Origin: Vicinamibacterales bacterium
GTDB taxonomy: Bacteria; Acidobacteriota; Vicinamibacteria; Vicinamibacterales; 2-12-FULL-66-21
NCBI GenBank assembly: GCA_035492775.1
Contig: DATJIW010000090.1
Coordinates: 6,737 to 70,736 of the forward strand
Reading direction: 5' to 3'
Length of the DNA stretch: 64,000 bases
In this document: positions 17,912 to 29,971 of the stretch, one piece after another
How positions within the stretch are numbered: the first letter of the stretch is position 1
Layout of the letters: every line of letters begins with the position of its first letter
Notes under the pieces: model-generated
The model's database searches: none
Told to the model about the DNA's origin: nothing
The model's input: only the letters and a program-made list of their open reading frames with translations
Made by a program: the position numbers and the translations under genes

Positions 17912-18762
17912 AGCGGTTCCACGTCGAGACGGAGGTCGGCGGCCGGCGCGGCCTGCGTCACCTCGCCGACGGACAGGTAATCGGCGCCGGTCGCCGCAAG
18001 CGCGTCGACGGCGTCGAGGTCGAACGGTCCCGCGACGGCCACCTGCGCACGCCCTCTTGACCGTCGTACGAGCTCGCGCAGATCGTCGACGCTCAGGCGA
18101 TCGGCGACGATCACCGACGCGCCCGCGGACACTGCCGCATCAGCCTCCGTCAGGGAGTGCACCTCCACCTCGATGGGCATGTCGGGGTTGGCCGCAGCCA
18201 TGCGACGGACCGCCTCCGCCACGCTGCCGGCCAGGCCGAGATGGTTCCTCTTGACCGTCACGCCGACGTCCAGCGAACCGCGATGATTCGCGCCGCCGCC
18301 GGCGCGGACGGCGTACTGCTCCAGCGCGCGCAACGTCGGTGTCGTCTTGCGCGTATCCAGCACGACCACGCGTCCGGCGGTCTGGTCAACGAACCGCCGC
18401 GTCAGTGTCGCGATTCCGGAGAGCCGCTCGAGGAAGTTCAGAGCCGTCCGCTCTGCGGTCAGCATGGAACCAGCGAGGCCCTCGACCTCGGCCACGCAGA
18501 CGCCGGCGCTGCACGGCTGCCCGTCGGCCACATGCGCGTGAAAGACGCACGCGGGATCGAGTTGACGGAAGGCCTCCGCCGCGACGGCCAGCCCCGCGAT
18601 CACACACGCGGAGCGCGCCACGATGGAGCCCCGCGCGCGCAGATCCGGCGGCACGATCGCTTCCGTCGTCACGTCGCCCCACCCGAGATCCTCGGCGAGC
18701 GCGCGGCGGACGACCTCTCGATACAGCGCCGGATCGAGCGCCTCGAACGGAACGGACTTCAC
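17908..18762 (-). CDS. nadC: Nicotinate-nucleotide diphosphorylase (carboxylating)
   Basis: QPRTase pattern (ALAEDLGWGDVTT..., LDTRKTTPTLR, ...MLDN-like C-terminal TIM region). GTG 18762 overlaps the valS stop (GTGA). Confidence 0.85.
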   Translation of the reverse strand: MKSVPFEALDPALYREVVRRALAEDLGWGDVTTEAIVPPDLRARGSIVARSACVIAGLAVAAEAFRQLDPACVFHAHVADGQPCSAGVCVAEVEGLAGSMLTAERTALNFLERLSGIATLTRRFVDQTAGRVVVLDTRKTTPTLRALEQYAVRAGGGANHRGSLDVGVTVKRNHLGLAGSVAEAVRRMAAANPDMPIEVEVHSLTEADAAVSAGASVIVADRLSVDDLRELVRRSRGRAQVAVAGPFDLDAVDALAATGADYLSVGEVTQAAPAADLRLDVEPL

Positions 18763-21329
18763 GCGCCGCGCTCCTGAGGCGACGAATCCGGTGCAGCGAA
18801 CCGGACATCGACGCTGAACGTGTCCGATGTCTCGATCGAGAGCTCCCGGACGAGGGCCACGGCGCACAAGTCTGCGCGGGCGGAATCGAGCAGCGGGCGG
18901 TCGCGTTCGGTGAGGCGCAGCACCGCCAGTTCGACCGGCGTTTTCATCGGCCGCTGCTCCTCTGATTTTTTCTTCCGGATCTCACCGAGCACGTTTGCTG
19001 CGAGTTCGAGCGTCCGCACGTCGTCTTCACGCTCGCCGCCTGCGGCCTCGAACAATTCATCGAAAGAAGGCCAGGCTGCGGTGTGAATGGAGCCTGGACG
19101 CCACCAGGACCAGACCTCTTCCGTCACGAATGGAAGAAACGGCGCGAACAGCCGGAGCAGCGACGACAGCGCGGTGAGAAGTGCCGCGTTCGCAGAACCG
19201 GCGCCCGCCGGACCCTGGTCGCCGTAGCGGCGCGATTTCACGAGCTCCAGATAGTTATCGCAGAAGAACCAGAACAGCGACTCCGCCCGTTCCAGCACGC
19301 GCGAGTAGTTGTAGTCCTCCAGATCCGCCGTCGCGTCGCGCACCAGGCGCCCGAGCAGCGTGAGCAGGCCGCGATCGATCGGTTCCACGATTTCGCCCCG
19401 AGGTTCCGGGCTGGCGAGCACGAACTTCGATGCGTTCAGCAGCTTGATCGCGAGCCGTCGGCCGACCTTCATCTGGCCAACGTCGAACGCCGTGTCGGCG
19501 CCGGGCCGGCCGCTCGCCGCCCAGTAGCGCACACCGTCCGACCCGTGCTCCTCGAGGAGCGCCATCGGCGTGACGACGTTGCCCTTGGACTTCGACATCT
19601 TCTTGCGGTCGGGATCGAGAATCCAGCCCGAGATCGCCGCGTGCTTCCACGGCAGCGTGTCGAATTCCAGATGCGAGCGCAGCACCGTGGAAAACAGCCA
19701 CGTGCGGATGATGTCGTGCGCCTGCGGACGGACGTCCATCGGAAAGACGCGGGCGAACAGGTCCTCGTCCGCGATCCAGCCTCCAGCGATCTGCGGGGAA
19801 AGCGACGACGTGGCCCAGGTGTCCATGACGTCAGGATCCCCACTGAAACCGCCGGGCTGGTCGCGCTGCTCCGCGCGGTACCCCTCCGGCACATCGGTCG
19901 ATGGATCGACGGGGAGACGCTCCTCCGGCGGAACGATCGGATGCGCGTAATCCCGGCTGCCATCCGGCAGTACGGGGTACCACAGCGGGAAGGGGACGCC
20001 GAAGAACCGCTGGCGGCTGATGCACCAGTCTCCGTTCAGACCGTTGATCCAGTTCTCCAGCCGCGCCTGCATGTAGGGGGGATGCCAGCAGAGTTCCTTC
20101 GCACGCGCCAGCAACGCATCGCGGAACGTCATGGTCTTGATGAACCACTGTCGGCTGGTCACGATTTCGAGCGGCCGGTCCCCTTTTTCGTAGAACTTGA
20201 CCGCATGCGTGATGGGGCGCGGGTCGCCTATCAGATCGCCGCTTTCGCGCAGCAGCTCGGCGATCTTCGATCTCGCCTTCGCCGCGGAGAGGTTCGCGAG
20301 CTGGTCGTACGCCTGCTGGGCGCGCGAGGGCTCGCGCGATTCCCAACCGTCATTTCCCCATTGCACGGGCCGCAGGGCGCCGTTCGCCTGGATGATCGCG
20401 CGCACCGGAAGCGACAGCGCCCGCCACCAGACCACGTCGGTGACGTCACCGAACGTGCAGATCATCGCGATCCCGGATCCTTTCTCGGGATCGGCCAGTT
20501 CGTGCGGCCTGATCGGCACGCGCACGCCGAAGAGCGGCGTGATGACATCGGTGCCGAAGAGCGGTTTGTACCGCTCGTCGTCTGGATGCGCCACGAGCGC
20601 GACGCACGCCGGGATCAACTCAGGGCGGGTGGTTTCAATCTCCACGGAACCCTGGTCGGCCCTCTGGAAGCGGATGCGATGATAGGCGCCAGGCTGCTCT
20701 CGATCCTCGAGCTCCGCCTGGGCCACGGCCGTGCGGAAGTCGACGTCCCACAGGGTGGGGGCCTCGAGCTGATAAGCGAGGCCTTTGCTGAGCAGGCGCA
20801 GAAACGAGAGCTGCGACACCTTCTGCGCGTCACGGCCGATCGTCGCGTACGTCATGCCCCAGTCGACCGACAGGCCGAGATATTTCCACAGCGCTTCGAA
20901 TGCCTTTTCGTCCTCGGCGGTGAGCCGCGCGCACAACTCGATGAAGTTCGGACGCGACACCGAGAGGGGATGCTTCTCCGGTTTCGCCGGCGGCTGGAAG
21001 TCCGGGACGTACGCCAGAGACGGATCACACCGGACGCCGTAGTAGTTCTGCACGCGCCGCTCCGTCGGCAGCCCGTTGTCGTCCCATCCCATCGGATAAA
21101 ACACTGCCTTGCCGCGCATCCGCTGAAAGCGCGCGATGACGTCCGTGTGCGTGTACGAGAAGACGTGGCCGACGTGCAGCGATCCGCTGACAGTCGGCGG
21201 CGGCGTGTCGATCGAATAGACTCCTTCGCGCGGACGCGACCGATCGAACCTGTAAACGCCGTCAGCGGCCCATCGCTCCATCCATTTTTTTTCGAGTCCT
21301 TCGAGGGCAGGCTTTTCTGGAACAGTCAA
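18759..21329 (-). CDS. valS: Valine--tRNA ligase
   Basis: HIGH-type motif [19 protein letters not shown] and KMSKS. Proposed TTG start at 21329 ([20 protein letters not shown]). Farther-upstream codons of the listed ORF are repeat-encoded ([11 protein letters not shown]). Confidence 0.9.
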   Translation of the reverse strand: MTVPEKPALEGLEKKWMERWAADGVYRFDRSRPREGVYSIDTPPPTVSGSLHVGHVFSYTHTDVIARFQRMRGKAVFYPMGWDDNGLPTERRVQNYYGVRCDPSLAYVPDFQPPAKPEKHPLSVSRPNFIELCARLTAEDEKAFEALWKYLGLSVDWGMTYATIGRDAQKVSQLSFLRLLSKGLAYQLEAPTLWDVDFRTAVAQAELEDREQPGAYHRIRFQRADQGSVEIETTRPELIPACVALVAHPDDERYKPLFGTDVITPLFGVRVPIRPHELADPEKGSGIAMICTFGDVTDVVWWRALSLPVRAIIQANGALRPVQWGNDGWESREPSRAQQAYDQLANLSAAKARSKIAELLRESGDLIGDPRPITHAVKFYEKGDRPLEIVTSRQWFIKTMTFRDALLARAKELCWHPPYMQARLENWINGLNGDWCISRQRFFGVPFPLWYPVLPDGSRDYAHPIVPPEERLPVDPSTDVPEGYRAEQRDQPGGFSGDPDVMDTWATSSLSPQIAGGWIADEDLFARVFPMDVRPQAHDIIRTWLFSTVLRSHLEFDTLPWKHAAISGWILDPDRKKMSKSKGNVVTPMALLEEHGSDGVRYWAASGRPGADTAFDVGQMKVGRRLAIKLLNASKFVLASPEPRGEIVEPIDRGLLTLLGRLVRDATADLEDYNYSRVLERAESLFWFFCDNYLELVKSRRYGDQGPAGAGSANAALLTALSSLLRLFAPFLPFVTEEVWSWWRPGSIHTAAWPSFDELFEAAGGEREDDVRTLELAANVLGEIRKKKSEEQRPMKTPVELAVLRLTERDRPLLDSARADLCAVALVRELSIETSDTFSVDVRFAAPDSSPQERGA

Positions 21330-21333
21330 AGAG

Positions 21334-21429
21334 AACTCCCAACTCCCAATTCCCAACTCCCAATTCCCAACTCCCAAACCCCAACTCCCCAATTCCCAAC
21401 TCGCACTTCCCAGTTGCCGATTGGGAGTT
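21334..21429. repeat. Tandem array of AACTCCC/AATTCCC heptamers ending in one inverted unit (GATTGGGAGTT)
   Basis: Direct reading. 21334-21361 is the 28-mer AACTCCCAACTCCCAATTCCCAACTCCC, also found at 54404-54431 and inverted at 53772-53799. Confidence 0.95.
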
Positions 21430-21430
21430 A

Positions 21431-22360
21431 TCAACCTCTTTTAAGTCGTTCGATTTCTTCACGCACGAGACGTTCGGCGGCTTCGAGGACTACGCCGCGC
21501 AGGGTCGAGTCCTGGAGCCGGGCAAGAACGCGATCGGCAATCGCGTCGATCAGGGCCTCGGGATCGGGGGGCGCGGGTCCCGTCCGCTCTCCGGCCGGCG
21601 CCGAGTGGGCGACCCGGCCCTCGGCGGTCAGCAGCGCCGCAAAGGCGTCGGCCAGCGACGGCGGTATTGCTCCGGCCGACGCAGGTGCCGCGGCGCGGTC
21701 AGCCGGTGGTGGCATCGCGTCAGGTTCCGCCGTGCGGGGCGCCGCCGCACGCGCCGTGACGGCGGCGTCGAGCCGGTCGAAGTACGCCTCGAGCGGATCG
21801 TCGGATCGGGCGCGGCCTGGCTGGTCCGGCGGAGCGGGCGGCGGCTCCTGGATCGGTTCGTATCGCGCGAGCTCGGCCCCCGGTGCCACGCCAGCGTGAT
21901 TCGCCGGCGGCGGCTCCCGCCGTACCGGCGGGACGGGCGGCCGCACGGGTCCCTGAGCCGTCGGCCCGGCGGCCCACAGGTCGGCGGGGCGATTGCCCAG
22001 CAGCAGATCCTTGACGCGATTGATGACCAGCTGCGGCTCGAACGGCTTCACGAGCACGCCGTCGCAGCCCGCGGCACGCGCGCGCGATTCGTCGATCGGC
22101 TCGAAGGCGCCGGTGAGCAGAAGCACCGGCACGTGCGACAGCTGCGGATGCGATTTGACGAACGCGGCGACTTCGTAGCCGTCGCGTTCGGGCATGCCGA
22201 CGTCCGCCAGCACGATGTCCGGACGCACACGCTCGGCCTGCTCGATCGCGGCCTGGCCGTTGCCGACGGTGATGACCTCTATGTTCTCGTCGGCGAACGT
22301 CAGCTCGATGACGCGCTGGATCGTGATGCTGTCGTCGGCAAGCAGCAGCTTGTGGGGCAT
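21431..22360 (-). CDS. Response regulator (CheY-like receiver domain with Pro/Ala-rich C-terminal extension)
   Basis: [17 protein letters not shown]...[17 protein letters not shown]...LLTGAFEP...VLVKPF receiver signature. No DNA-binding output domain recognised. Confidence 0.8.
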   Translation of the reverse strand: MPHKLLLADDSITIQRVIELTFADENIEVITVGNGQAAIEQAERVRPDIVLADVGMPERDGYEVAAFVKSHPQLSHVPVLLLTGAFEPIDESRARAAGCDGVLVKPFEPQLVINRVKDLLLGNRPADLWAAGPTAQGPVRPPVPPVRREPPPANHAGVAPGAELARYEPIQEPPPAPPDQPGRARSDDPLEAYFDRLDAAVTARAAAPRTAEPDAMPPPADRAAAPASAGAIPPSLADAFAALLTAEGRVAHSAPAGERTGPAPPDPEALIDAIADRVLARLQDSTLRGVVLEAAERLVREEIERLKRG

Positions 22361-22383
22361 CGCTCAGGAATCGACGGTTGACC

Positions 22384-22790
22384 TCAGATCGCTTCCGCGC
22401 GGCGCCGGACGTTTGCGTTGATGTACTCGATGATCTCCTGCATCGGGCTCCCCGGCAGGAAAATGCCCTTGATGCCCATCGCCTGCAGCTTCGGAATGTC
22501 GACATCCGGGATGATGCCGCCGATGACGACGAGCACGTCCTCGAGCCCCTTCTCCTTCAAAAGCTCCATCACCCGCGGACAGATATGCATGTGCGCGCCC
22601 GAGAGGATCGACAGGCCGATGACGTCCGCGTCTTCCTGCAGCGCCGCCCCGACGATCTGCTCAGGCGTCTGGCGGAGCCCCGTATAGATCACCTCCATGC
22701 CGGAGTCGCGCAGCGCGCGCGCGATCACCTTGGCACCACGGTCGTGGCCGTCCAGGCCCGGCTTGGCTATGACGACGCGAATCTTTTGAC

Positions 22791-22794
<4 letters not shown>
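22384..22794 (-). CDS. Methylmalonyl-CoA mutase, cobalamin-binding small subunit
   Basis: [25 protein letters not shown] carries the DxHxxG B12-binding motif. TTG 22794 overlaps the large-subunit stop (TTGA). Confidence 0.85.
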
Positions 22795-24455
<1,661 letters not shown>

Positions 24456-24463
24456 ACTCCGAG

Positions 24464-24469
24464 ATTATA
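24464..24469 (-). promoter_or_regulatory. Perfect TATAAT -10 box 8 nt upstream of the mutase ATG (candidate leaderless promoter)
   Basis: Minus strand reads ...ccagaTATAATctcggagtATG. No convincing -35 seen. Confidence 0.35.
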
Positions 24470-24653
24470 TCTGGTTGCGGCCTTGACACTTCTCGGTCCG
24501 GCACAGTAGCTTGGACTGTTTGGTCATCGAATAGATCGGTGCGAACGGAGCGGAGCGAGCGGCGGCACGCTCGCGGAGCGAAGTGAGCTTAAGCGACGGG
24601 CCGGAGGGCACCGGGCGCGCGGCGCCGGCCCCGAGCGCCTATTGAGGACGTTC

Positions 24654-25904
24654 ATGGAATCAGGCGGCAGCATTTTCAGCGCGATGCTCCAGGAGTTCGA
24701 CGGGGCAGCGCGTCTGCTCGGGCTCGATCAGGGACTCTGGAAGGTCCTGACCCACCCCAAGCGCCAGATCGTCGTGTCCTGTCCGATCCAGATGGACAAC
24801 GGCGAGATTGAAGTCTTCACCGGCTATCGCGTCCAGTACAACATCACGCTCGGCCCCGCGAAGGGCGGCATCCGCTATCACCCCAATGTCACGCTGGATG
24901 AAGTCACCGCGCTGGCCGCCTGGATGACGTGGAAATGCGCGGTCGCGCACGTGCCCTTCGGCGGAGGCAAGGGCGGAATCGTCGTCGACCCGAACCGGCT
25001 GTCGCGCCGCGAGCTGGAGGCGCTGACGCGCCGCTACATCGCGGAAATCGTCGACGCGATCGGCCCCGAGAAGGACGTTCCGGCGCCAGACGTCAACACC
25101 AACGACCAGATCATGGCGTGGGTGATGGACACCTACAGTATGCACGTCGGTCACACCGCGACCGCCGTCGTCACCGGCAAGCCGATCGAGATGGGCGGGT
25201 CGCTCGGCCGGCGCGAAGCGACGGGCCGCGGCGTGATGATCGTGACGCGCGAGGCCGCGAAGCACCTCGGCTTCGACATCAAGGGCGCAACGGTGGCCGT
25301 GCAGGGCTTCGGCAACGTCGGTTCGGTGTCGGCAGACCTTCTCTCGAAGATCGGCGCAAAAATCGTCGCGGTCACCGACTGGAAGGGCGGAGTCTACAAC
25401 GAGCAGGGCCTCGACATCACGAAGATGCTCGACTACGCGAAGCAGCACAAGAGCATCGAGGGTTTTTCCGGGGGCGAGCCGATCGACAACGCGAAACTGT
25501 TCGCCCTCGACGTCGACGTTCTCGTGCCGGCAGCGCTCGAGAACCAGATCACGGGGCAGAACGCCGGCTCGATCAAGGCCAAGGTCATCGCCGAAGGCGC
25601 GAACGGACCGACCACGCCCGAAGCGCACAAGACGCTGCACGAGCGCGGCGTATTCGTGATCCCGGACATTCTCGCCAATGCCGGCGGCGTGACGACCTCG
25701 TACTTCGAGTGGGTGCAGGACCGCCACGGATATTTCTGGGAGGAAGACGAGGTGAACCGCCGCCTCGAGGCGAAGATGGTCGAGGCGTTCAAAGACGTCC
25801 TCGACACCTCGATCCGCTACAAGACCGACCTGCGGACGGCCGCCTACATCGTCGCGATCAATCGCGTCGCGACGGTGACGAAGATGCGCGGGATGTACGC
25901 GTAA
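24654..25904 (+). CDS. gdhA: Glutamate dehydrogenase (Glu/Leu/Phe/Val dehydrogenase family)
   Basis: Catalytic region [14 protein letters not shown] and Rossmann motif [13 protein letters not shown] 24654 is preceded by SD GAGGA (24644-24648). Confidence 0.9.
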   Translation: MESGGSIFSAMLQEFDGAARLLGLDQGLWKVLTHPKRQIVVSCPIQMDNGEIEVFTGYRVQYNITLGPAKGGIRYHPNVTLDEVTALAAWMTWKCAVAHVPFGGGKGGIVVDPNRLSRRELEALTRRYIAEIVDAIGPEKDVPAPDVNTNDQIMAWVMDTYSMHVGHTATAVVTGKPIEMGGSLGRREATGRGVMIVTREAAKHLGFDIKGATVAVQGFGNVGSVSADLLSKIGAKIVAVTDWKGGVYNEQGLDITKMLDYAKQHKSIEGFSGGEPIDNAKLFALDVDVLVPAALENQITGQNAGSIKAKVIAEGANGPTTPEAHKTLHERGVFVIPDILANAGGVTTSYFEWVQDRHGYFWEEDEVNRRLEAKMVEAFKDVLDTSIRYKTDLRTAAYIVAINRVATVTKMRGMYA

Positions 25905-25930
25905 AGGGCGTCAGTCGTCAGTGACCAGTT

Positions 25931-25966
25931 CAAAAGGATCGGCCGCGCGGCCGATCCTTTTTCTTT
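25931..25966. terminator. Bidirectional Rho-independent terminator between gdh and the VWFA gene
   Basis: aaaaGGATCGGCcgcgGCCGATCCtttttctttt: GC-rich 8-bp stem (extendable by A:T pairs), 4-nt loop, T-run on the + strand and A-run giving U-run on the - strand. Confidence 0.8.
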
Positions 25967-25989
25967 TCCGGACGAGCCCGGTCCGGCGG

Positions 25990-28098
25990 TTACGACCCGA
26001 CGCGGAACGCGATCAGCTGTTGCGCGGAGCCTGACGGCGTCTTCGCGTCCAGCTCCAGCAGGTACTGTCCCGCCGCGAGGGAGGCGAGCGGCAGATCGAT
26101 CTGAAGCGGCTTCCCCGCGGCGGCCTGGACGGGTACGTCCGCCATCGACTGGCCGGCGCGGTTCAGGAGCTTCGCGGTGACGGCCGGAACGGAATTGTCC
26201 GCGGCATACGCGTCGAATCGGACGAGGAGACGCTCTGTCCGACTGAACTGGCGGTCGACGGTCGGGACGACGTTCGGGTTGTTGCGGACCTGCGTCATCT
26301 CGTACGCATTTCGCGCTCGATACACGCGCGCGGTCCCGAGCGACACCTGTGTGTGCGTGTAATCCGGGATCGTGATTTGCTGAACGGACGAATCGATCAC
26401 TTGTCCGTGCGCGCCCATCACGGTCATTCGCAGCTGCACCGGACCAGGCGGGGCCGTGAACGACGCCGCCGCTCCCGATGACGCCTGGGGTGCGGAGCCA
26501 GCGGGACCCGTTGCCGGAGCAGTCGCGGCCGGCGCCGCAGCGCTCTCGTCGGGAACCGACCCGCGAAACAGCGGACGTCCGTCGGGTGCCGTGGCCGTGA
26601 GCATCACCTTCGTCGCCACGGAATCGGGGTCGCGGCTGCCTGCGGCCTGCGTGACCGGCTGCCAGGCGAACGTCACGCGCCCGGTGTTGGCGTCGGCGCG
26701 ATCGGTGCCGACCCAGAAGTTCGCGGCATGTCCCGCCGCGGGCGCCGACAGGTCGCTCAACGCCTTGGAGATTTCGGGCGGCGGTCCCGCCGCCGCAGGC
26801 CCGGTGGCTCTTGCGACATCCTCGGTCGTATACGCCCAGTAGCCTTTGCGTGCACGCACTTCGACGCCGGGGCGCTTCACGTGCACGTCGATCGTGTGGA
26901 ACTTGCCGTCGGTCGGCGCGGCAGACGATGTGTAACCGAGCAGGTAATACCCGCTCGAGTCGCGCATGATCTGCTTCATCCCGTTCGCGAGATCGTTGCG
27001 GCTGACGATCGCGCGGCCATCGGTATTATCCGCGAGCACCTTGAGTGCATCGAGCGACTCGTTCAGTGACTTGCGATCGGACGTGGTGCTGACGCCATCC
27101 TTGATGTCGTAATCGAACACCGCCAGCCCGCGGGGGTCTACCGCATAGATAGAAGCGTTGTTCCGGTTGGCCGTATCGAACACTTCCTTCAGGCGCGACG
27201 TCAGGTCGACCGAATTGAAGAACTCGACCGACTGCTGCCGCGGCGAGTTGACGTCCGTACCGGGCGCATCCCGCGCCGGGTTGTTATAACCGGGCAGCGC
27301 GGCCACGGGATCCTGGAGCTGCGCCGGGAGCGTGCTCGTGAAACCCTCGCTGACGAAGATGATCGATTTCCTGCCGTCGCGCATGCCTCCGAGCTTTACC
27401 GCCGCGCCTTTGAGCGCCCCCATGGTCACGTCGTTCCTGATGTTTTCGACGGTCTGCGCCGACGAGTACGCATAGCGCTCCTCGAACTCGTTCCTCGGCT
27501 CGTAATTGCCGCGGCGTCCTTCGAAGTGGCTGATCGCGCTGATGAGGGCGTCGTGGTCGCGCGTGAAGCTCAGCGCGGTGACCGGCGTCAGCGGATACAT
27601 GATCGCGACCATGTCCTGCGGCCCGAGCTGGTTCTGGACGAAATCAATCAGCGGCTGGCGGATCACGAGATCGTCGCCGCGCCGGACGTGGTAATCGTCG
27701 AGCAGCAGGATGAACAGCCGGACGTCCGGCTTCTGCGCCTCGCGCTCCTCGTCGTCGTCGTTGCGGATCGGCCGCGGCGGAGCCGCCGTCGCCTGTTCGA
27801 ACGGATCGATTTTGATCGTCTGGAACGTTTCTATCGACTGCGGCTTCTTGTCTTCGCGAACATCGAAATCGTCCTTCGTGAGATCCAGCACGACGTCGCC
27901 GGTCTTCTTATCGGAGACGATGACGTCGACGGAGACGAAATTGATGCCACGGCGGATGACCGGCGGCCGCTGACCTTGAGGCGGCTGAACGGGAGGCTGC
28001 TGGGCCGGCGGTTGTTGCGCCGGCTGCTGCGCCGGCAGAACACTACCCAACAGGAAGACGATGACGGCGATGAGTGAAACGCGTGCAGAATGTCGCAT
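25990..28098 (-). CDS. VWA domain-containing secreted protein (VWFA-related acidobacterial domain, TIGR03436-like)
   Basis: ATG 28098 gives MRHSARVSLIAVIVFLLGSVLPAQQP signal peptide, then ...INFVSVDVIVSDKKTGDVVLDLTKDDFDVREDKKPQ... and ...VRLFILLLDDYH... typical of this family. The in-frame upstream part of the listed 1185-aa ORF is antisense to the acyl-CoA dehydrogenase gene. Confidence 0.8.
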   Translation of the reverse strand: MRHSARVSLIAVIVFLLGSVLPAQQPAQQPPAQQPPVQPPQGQRPPVIRRGINFVSVDVIVSDKKTGDVVLDLTKDDFDVREDKKPQSIETFQTIKIDPFEQATAAPPRPIRNDDDEEREAQKPDVRLFILLLDDYHVRRGDDLVIRQPLIDFVQNQLGPQDMVAIMYPLTPVTALSFTRDHDALISAISHFEGRRGNYEPRNEFEERYAYSSAQTVENIRNDVTMGALKGAAVKLGGMRDGRKSIIFVSEGFTSTLPAQLQDPVAALPGYNNPARDAPGTDVNSPRQQSVEFFNSVDLTSRLKEVFDTANRNNASIYAVDPRGLAVFDYDIKDGVSTTSDRKSLNESLDALKVLADNTDGRAIVSRNDLANGMKQIMRDSSGYYLLGYTSSAAPTDGKFHTIDVHVKRPGVEVRARKGYWAYTTEDVARATGPAAAGPPPEISKALSDLSAPAAGHAANFWVGTDRADANTGRVTFAWQPVTQAAGSRDPDSVATKVMLTATAPDGRPLFRGSVPDESAAAPAATAPATGPAGSAPQASSGAAASFTAPPGPVQLRMTVMGAHGQVIDSSVQQITIPDYTHTQVSLGTARVYRARNAYEMTQVRNNPNVVPTVDRQFSRTERLLVRFDAYAADNSVPAVTAKLLNRAGQSMADVPVQAAAGKPLQIDLPLASLAAGQYLLELDAKTPSGSAQQLIAFRVGS

Positions 28099-28224
28099 AA
28101 CGTCGATCCAGCGGCCCAGGCAGACCTCCTTCAAGAATAGATCGTTTGCGGCCGCAGTTGCGGCCGCGGACCGTTCCCGCACGATCTCTGCCGTAAGCCC
28201 TTTGCTGCTAAGATCTTCACTGTA

Positions 28225-29388
28225 ATGGAACAGACGATCGACCGCCCGCAGCCGCTCACCCTGTTGAGCGAAGACGAAGTCCTTTTCCGCGACAGCGTGC
28301 GTGAGTTCGCCGACGCGCAGGTCCGCCCGCTGGTCCGCGAGATGGACGAGCACGCGAAGATCCCTCGGCCCCTCGTGGACAAGCTGTTCGACCTCGGGGT
28401 GATGGCAATCGAGATCCCCGAAGCTTTCGGCGGTGCGGGCGCGAGCTTTTTCCACTCCGTGCTGGCCGTGGAAGAGCTTTCGCGCGTGGACCCGTCCGTC
28501 GGCGTGCTCGTCGACGTCCAGAACACGCTTGTCGTCAACGCCGTGATGCGGTGGGGCAACGACGACATCCAGCGGCGGTGTCTGACGAAGCTCGCAACGA
28601 ACACCGTCGGTGCATACGCGCTCTCCGAGGCGGGCTCCGGCAGCGACGCCTTCGCGCTGAGCACTCGAGCGCGCGAAGACGGCGACGATTACGTCATCAC
28701 CGGACGGAAGCTCTGGATCACGAACGGGAACGAAGCGGATATCTTTCTCGTGTTCGCGACCGTCAACCCCGAGGCGGGTTACCGCGGAATCACGGCCTTC
28801 GTCGTTGAGCGCGGCTTCCAGGGATTCACCGTCGGCAAGAAAGAAGACAAGCTCGGCATCCGCGCGAGCAGCACGTGCGAGCTGATACTCGAAGACTGCC
28901 GGGTGCCGAAAAGCAACGTGCTTGGTGAAGTCGGAAAGGGATACAAGGCCGCGATCGAAACGCTGAACGAAGGCCGCATCGGGATCGGCGCGCAGATGCT
29001 CGGCCTCGCCGAGGGAGCGCTGCAGCACGCCATCAGCTACACGAAGGAGCGGAAACAGTTCGGAAAGCCCATCGCGGAATTCCAGGCAGTCCAGCATCAG
29101 CTGGCCCGCGCCGCCGCGGATGTCGAGGCTGCGAGGCTGACCGTCTACAACGCGGCGCGCCTGCGCGACGCCCGCAAGCCGTTCCTCACCGAGGCGGCAA
29201 TCTGCAAGATCTTCTCGTCTGAGGTGGCCGAGCGCGTCGCATCGCTCGCGGTGAACTTGTTCGGCGGCAACGGCTTCGTGAAGGAATATCCCGTCGAGAA
29301 GCTGTATCGCGACGCCAAGATCGGCCAGATCTACGAAGGCACCTCGAACCTTCAGCTGCAGACGATCGCCAAGCAGATCATCGGATAG
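28225..29388 (+). CDS. Acyl-CoA dehydrogenase (short/branched-chain type)
   Basis: Full-length ACAD pattern (...GAYALSEAGSGSDAF..., ...ITNG..., QFGKPIAEFQAVQHQLA, C-terminal YEGTSNLQLQTIAKQI). Confidence 0.9.
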   Translation: MEQTIDRPQPLTLLSEDEVLFRDSVREFADAQVRPLVREMDEHAKIPRPLVDKLFDLGVMAIEIPEAFGGAGASFFHSVLAVEELSRVDPSVGVLVDVQNTLVVNAVMRWGNDDIQRRCLTKLATNTVGAYALSEAGSGSDAFALSTRAREDGDDYVITGRKLWITNGNEADIFLVFATVNPEAGYRGITAFVVERGFQGFTVGKKEDKLGIRASSTCELILEDCRVPKSNVLGEVGKGYKAAIETLNEGRIGIGAQMLGLAEGALQHAISYTKERKQFGKPIAEFQAVQHQLARAAADVEAARLTVYNAARLRDARKPFLTEAAICKIFSSEVAERVASLAVNLFGGNGFVKEYPVEKLYRDAKIGQIYEGTSNLQLQTIAKQIIG

Positions 29389-29938
29389 ACGGTCCTTCCG
29401 CCATCGCGCCGCGCTCACGGCGGCGGCGTTCGCGGCCGTCCCATTCGTCGAGATCCTGGTAAAGATCCGGACGCCGGTATTCGTCCCGCCACCAATCCGG
29501 CTGTGCGTAATGGCGCAGCGTTTCGTACTGAACGGCGCCCGACACATCGGTCGGGTCGTCCGGACAGCAGACGATCGACGTCCGCTGCTCGAACGCCCGC
29601 ATTTCGCCGTCTGAAAAGCGGCGCAGCTTCTTCGGGTCGAAATCGGGGAATTCCTGCGCGGCGTCGCGCGTGACGTTCACGTTGAGCCGCCGCCGCCCGG
29701 TGTCGAGTTGAGCGTGGCCGATCGGCACCGCGAAGTGGCGCGAACGAAACCACCCTCCTGAGTCCACCACCGCATAGACGACGCGCCCCGAGTCGGTGTC
29801 GACGATGAAGCCGTCGAGATCGCCCAGGTTGGAATCGTCCGATCCGTGGACATCAACGGTAGAAAAGTCGATCGTCGAATCGTCGAGATCCTCCGGGTCG
29901 AGGAATCGCAGCCGGGAACTGAACGGTGTCTCTGCCAT
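29378..29938 (-). CDS. PRC-barrel domain-containing protein (putative)
   Basis: DLGDLDGFIVDTDSGRVVYAVVDSGGWFRSRHFAVPIGHAQLD resembles the PRC-barrel core. Acidic/basic C-terminal tail. Confidence 0.45.
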   Translation of the reverse strand: MAETPFSSRLRFLDPEDLDDSTIDFSTVDVHGSDDSNLGDLDGFIVDTDSGRVVYAVVDSGGWFRSRHFAVPIGHAQLDTGRRRLNVNVTRDAAQEFPDFDPKKLRRFSDGEMRAFEQRTSIVCCPDDPTDVSGAVQYETLRHYAQPDWWRDEYRRPDLYQDLDEWDGRERRRRERGAMAEGPSIR

Positions 29939-29971
29939 GGCTCCTCCTGCCGCCTCCTGATGTGCAAGAAG

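Noticed and set aside
19083-21899. 938-aa plus-strand ORF
   Set aside because: It is antisense to valS and the response regulator, Arg/Pro-rich with no motifs. The minus-strand genes carry unambiguous HIGH/KMSKS and receiver signatures.
24456-24641. Cobalamin riboswitch upstream of the B12-dependent mutase
   Set aside because: I could not find a B12-box-like sequence on the minus strand. The TATAAT box 8 nt from the ATG leaves no leader in which a riboswitch could reside.
25990-29547. Listed 1185-aa minus-strand ORF
   Set aside because: Only the part from ATG 28098 downward looks like a real protein (signal peptide plus VWFA-type domain). The upstream 480 codons are the antisense frame of the clearly recognisable acyl-CoA dehydrogenase gene (28225-29388), an open-frame artefact typical of high-GC DNA.
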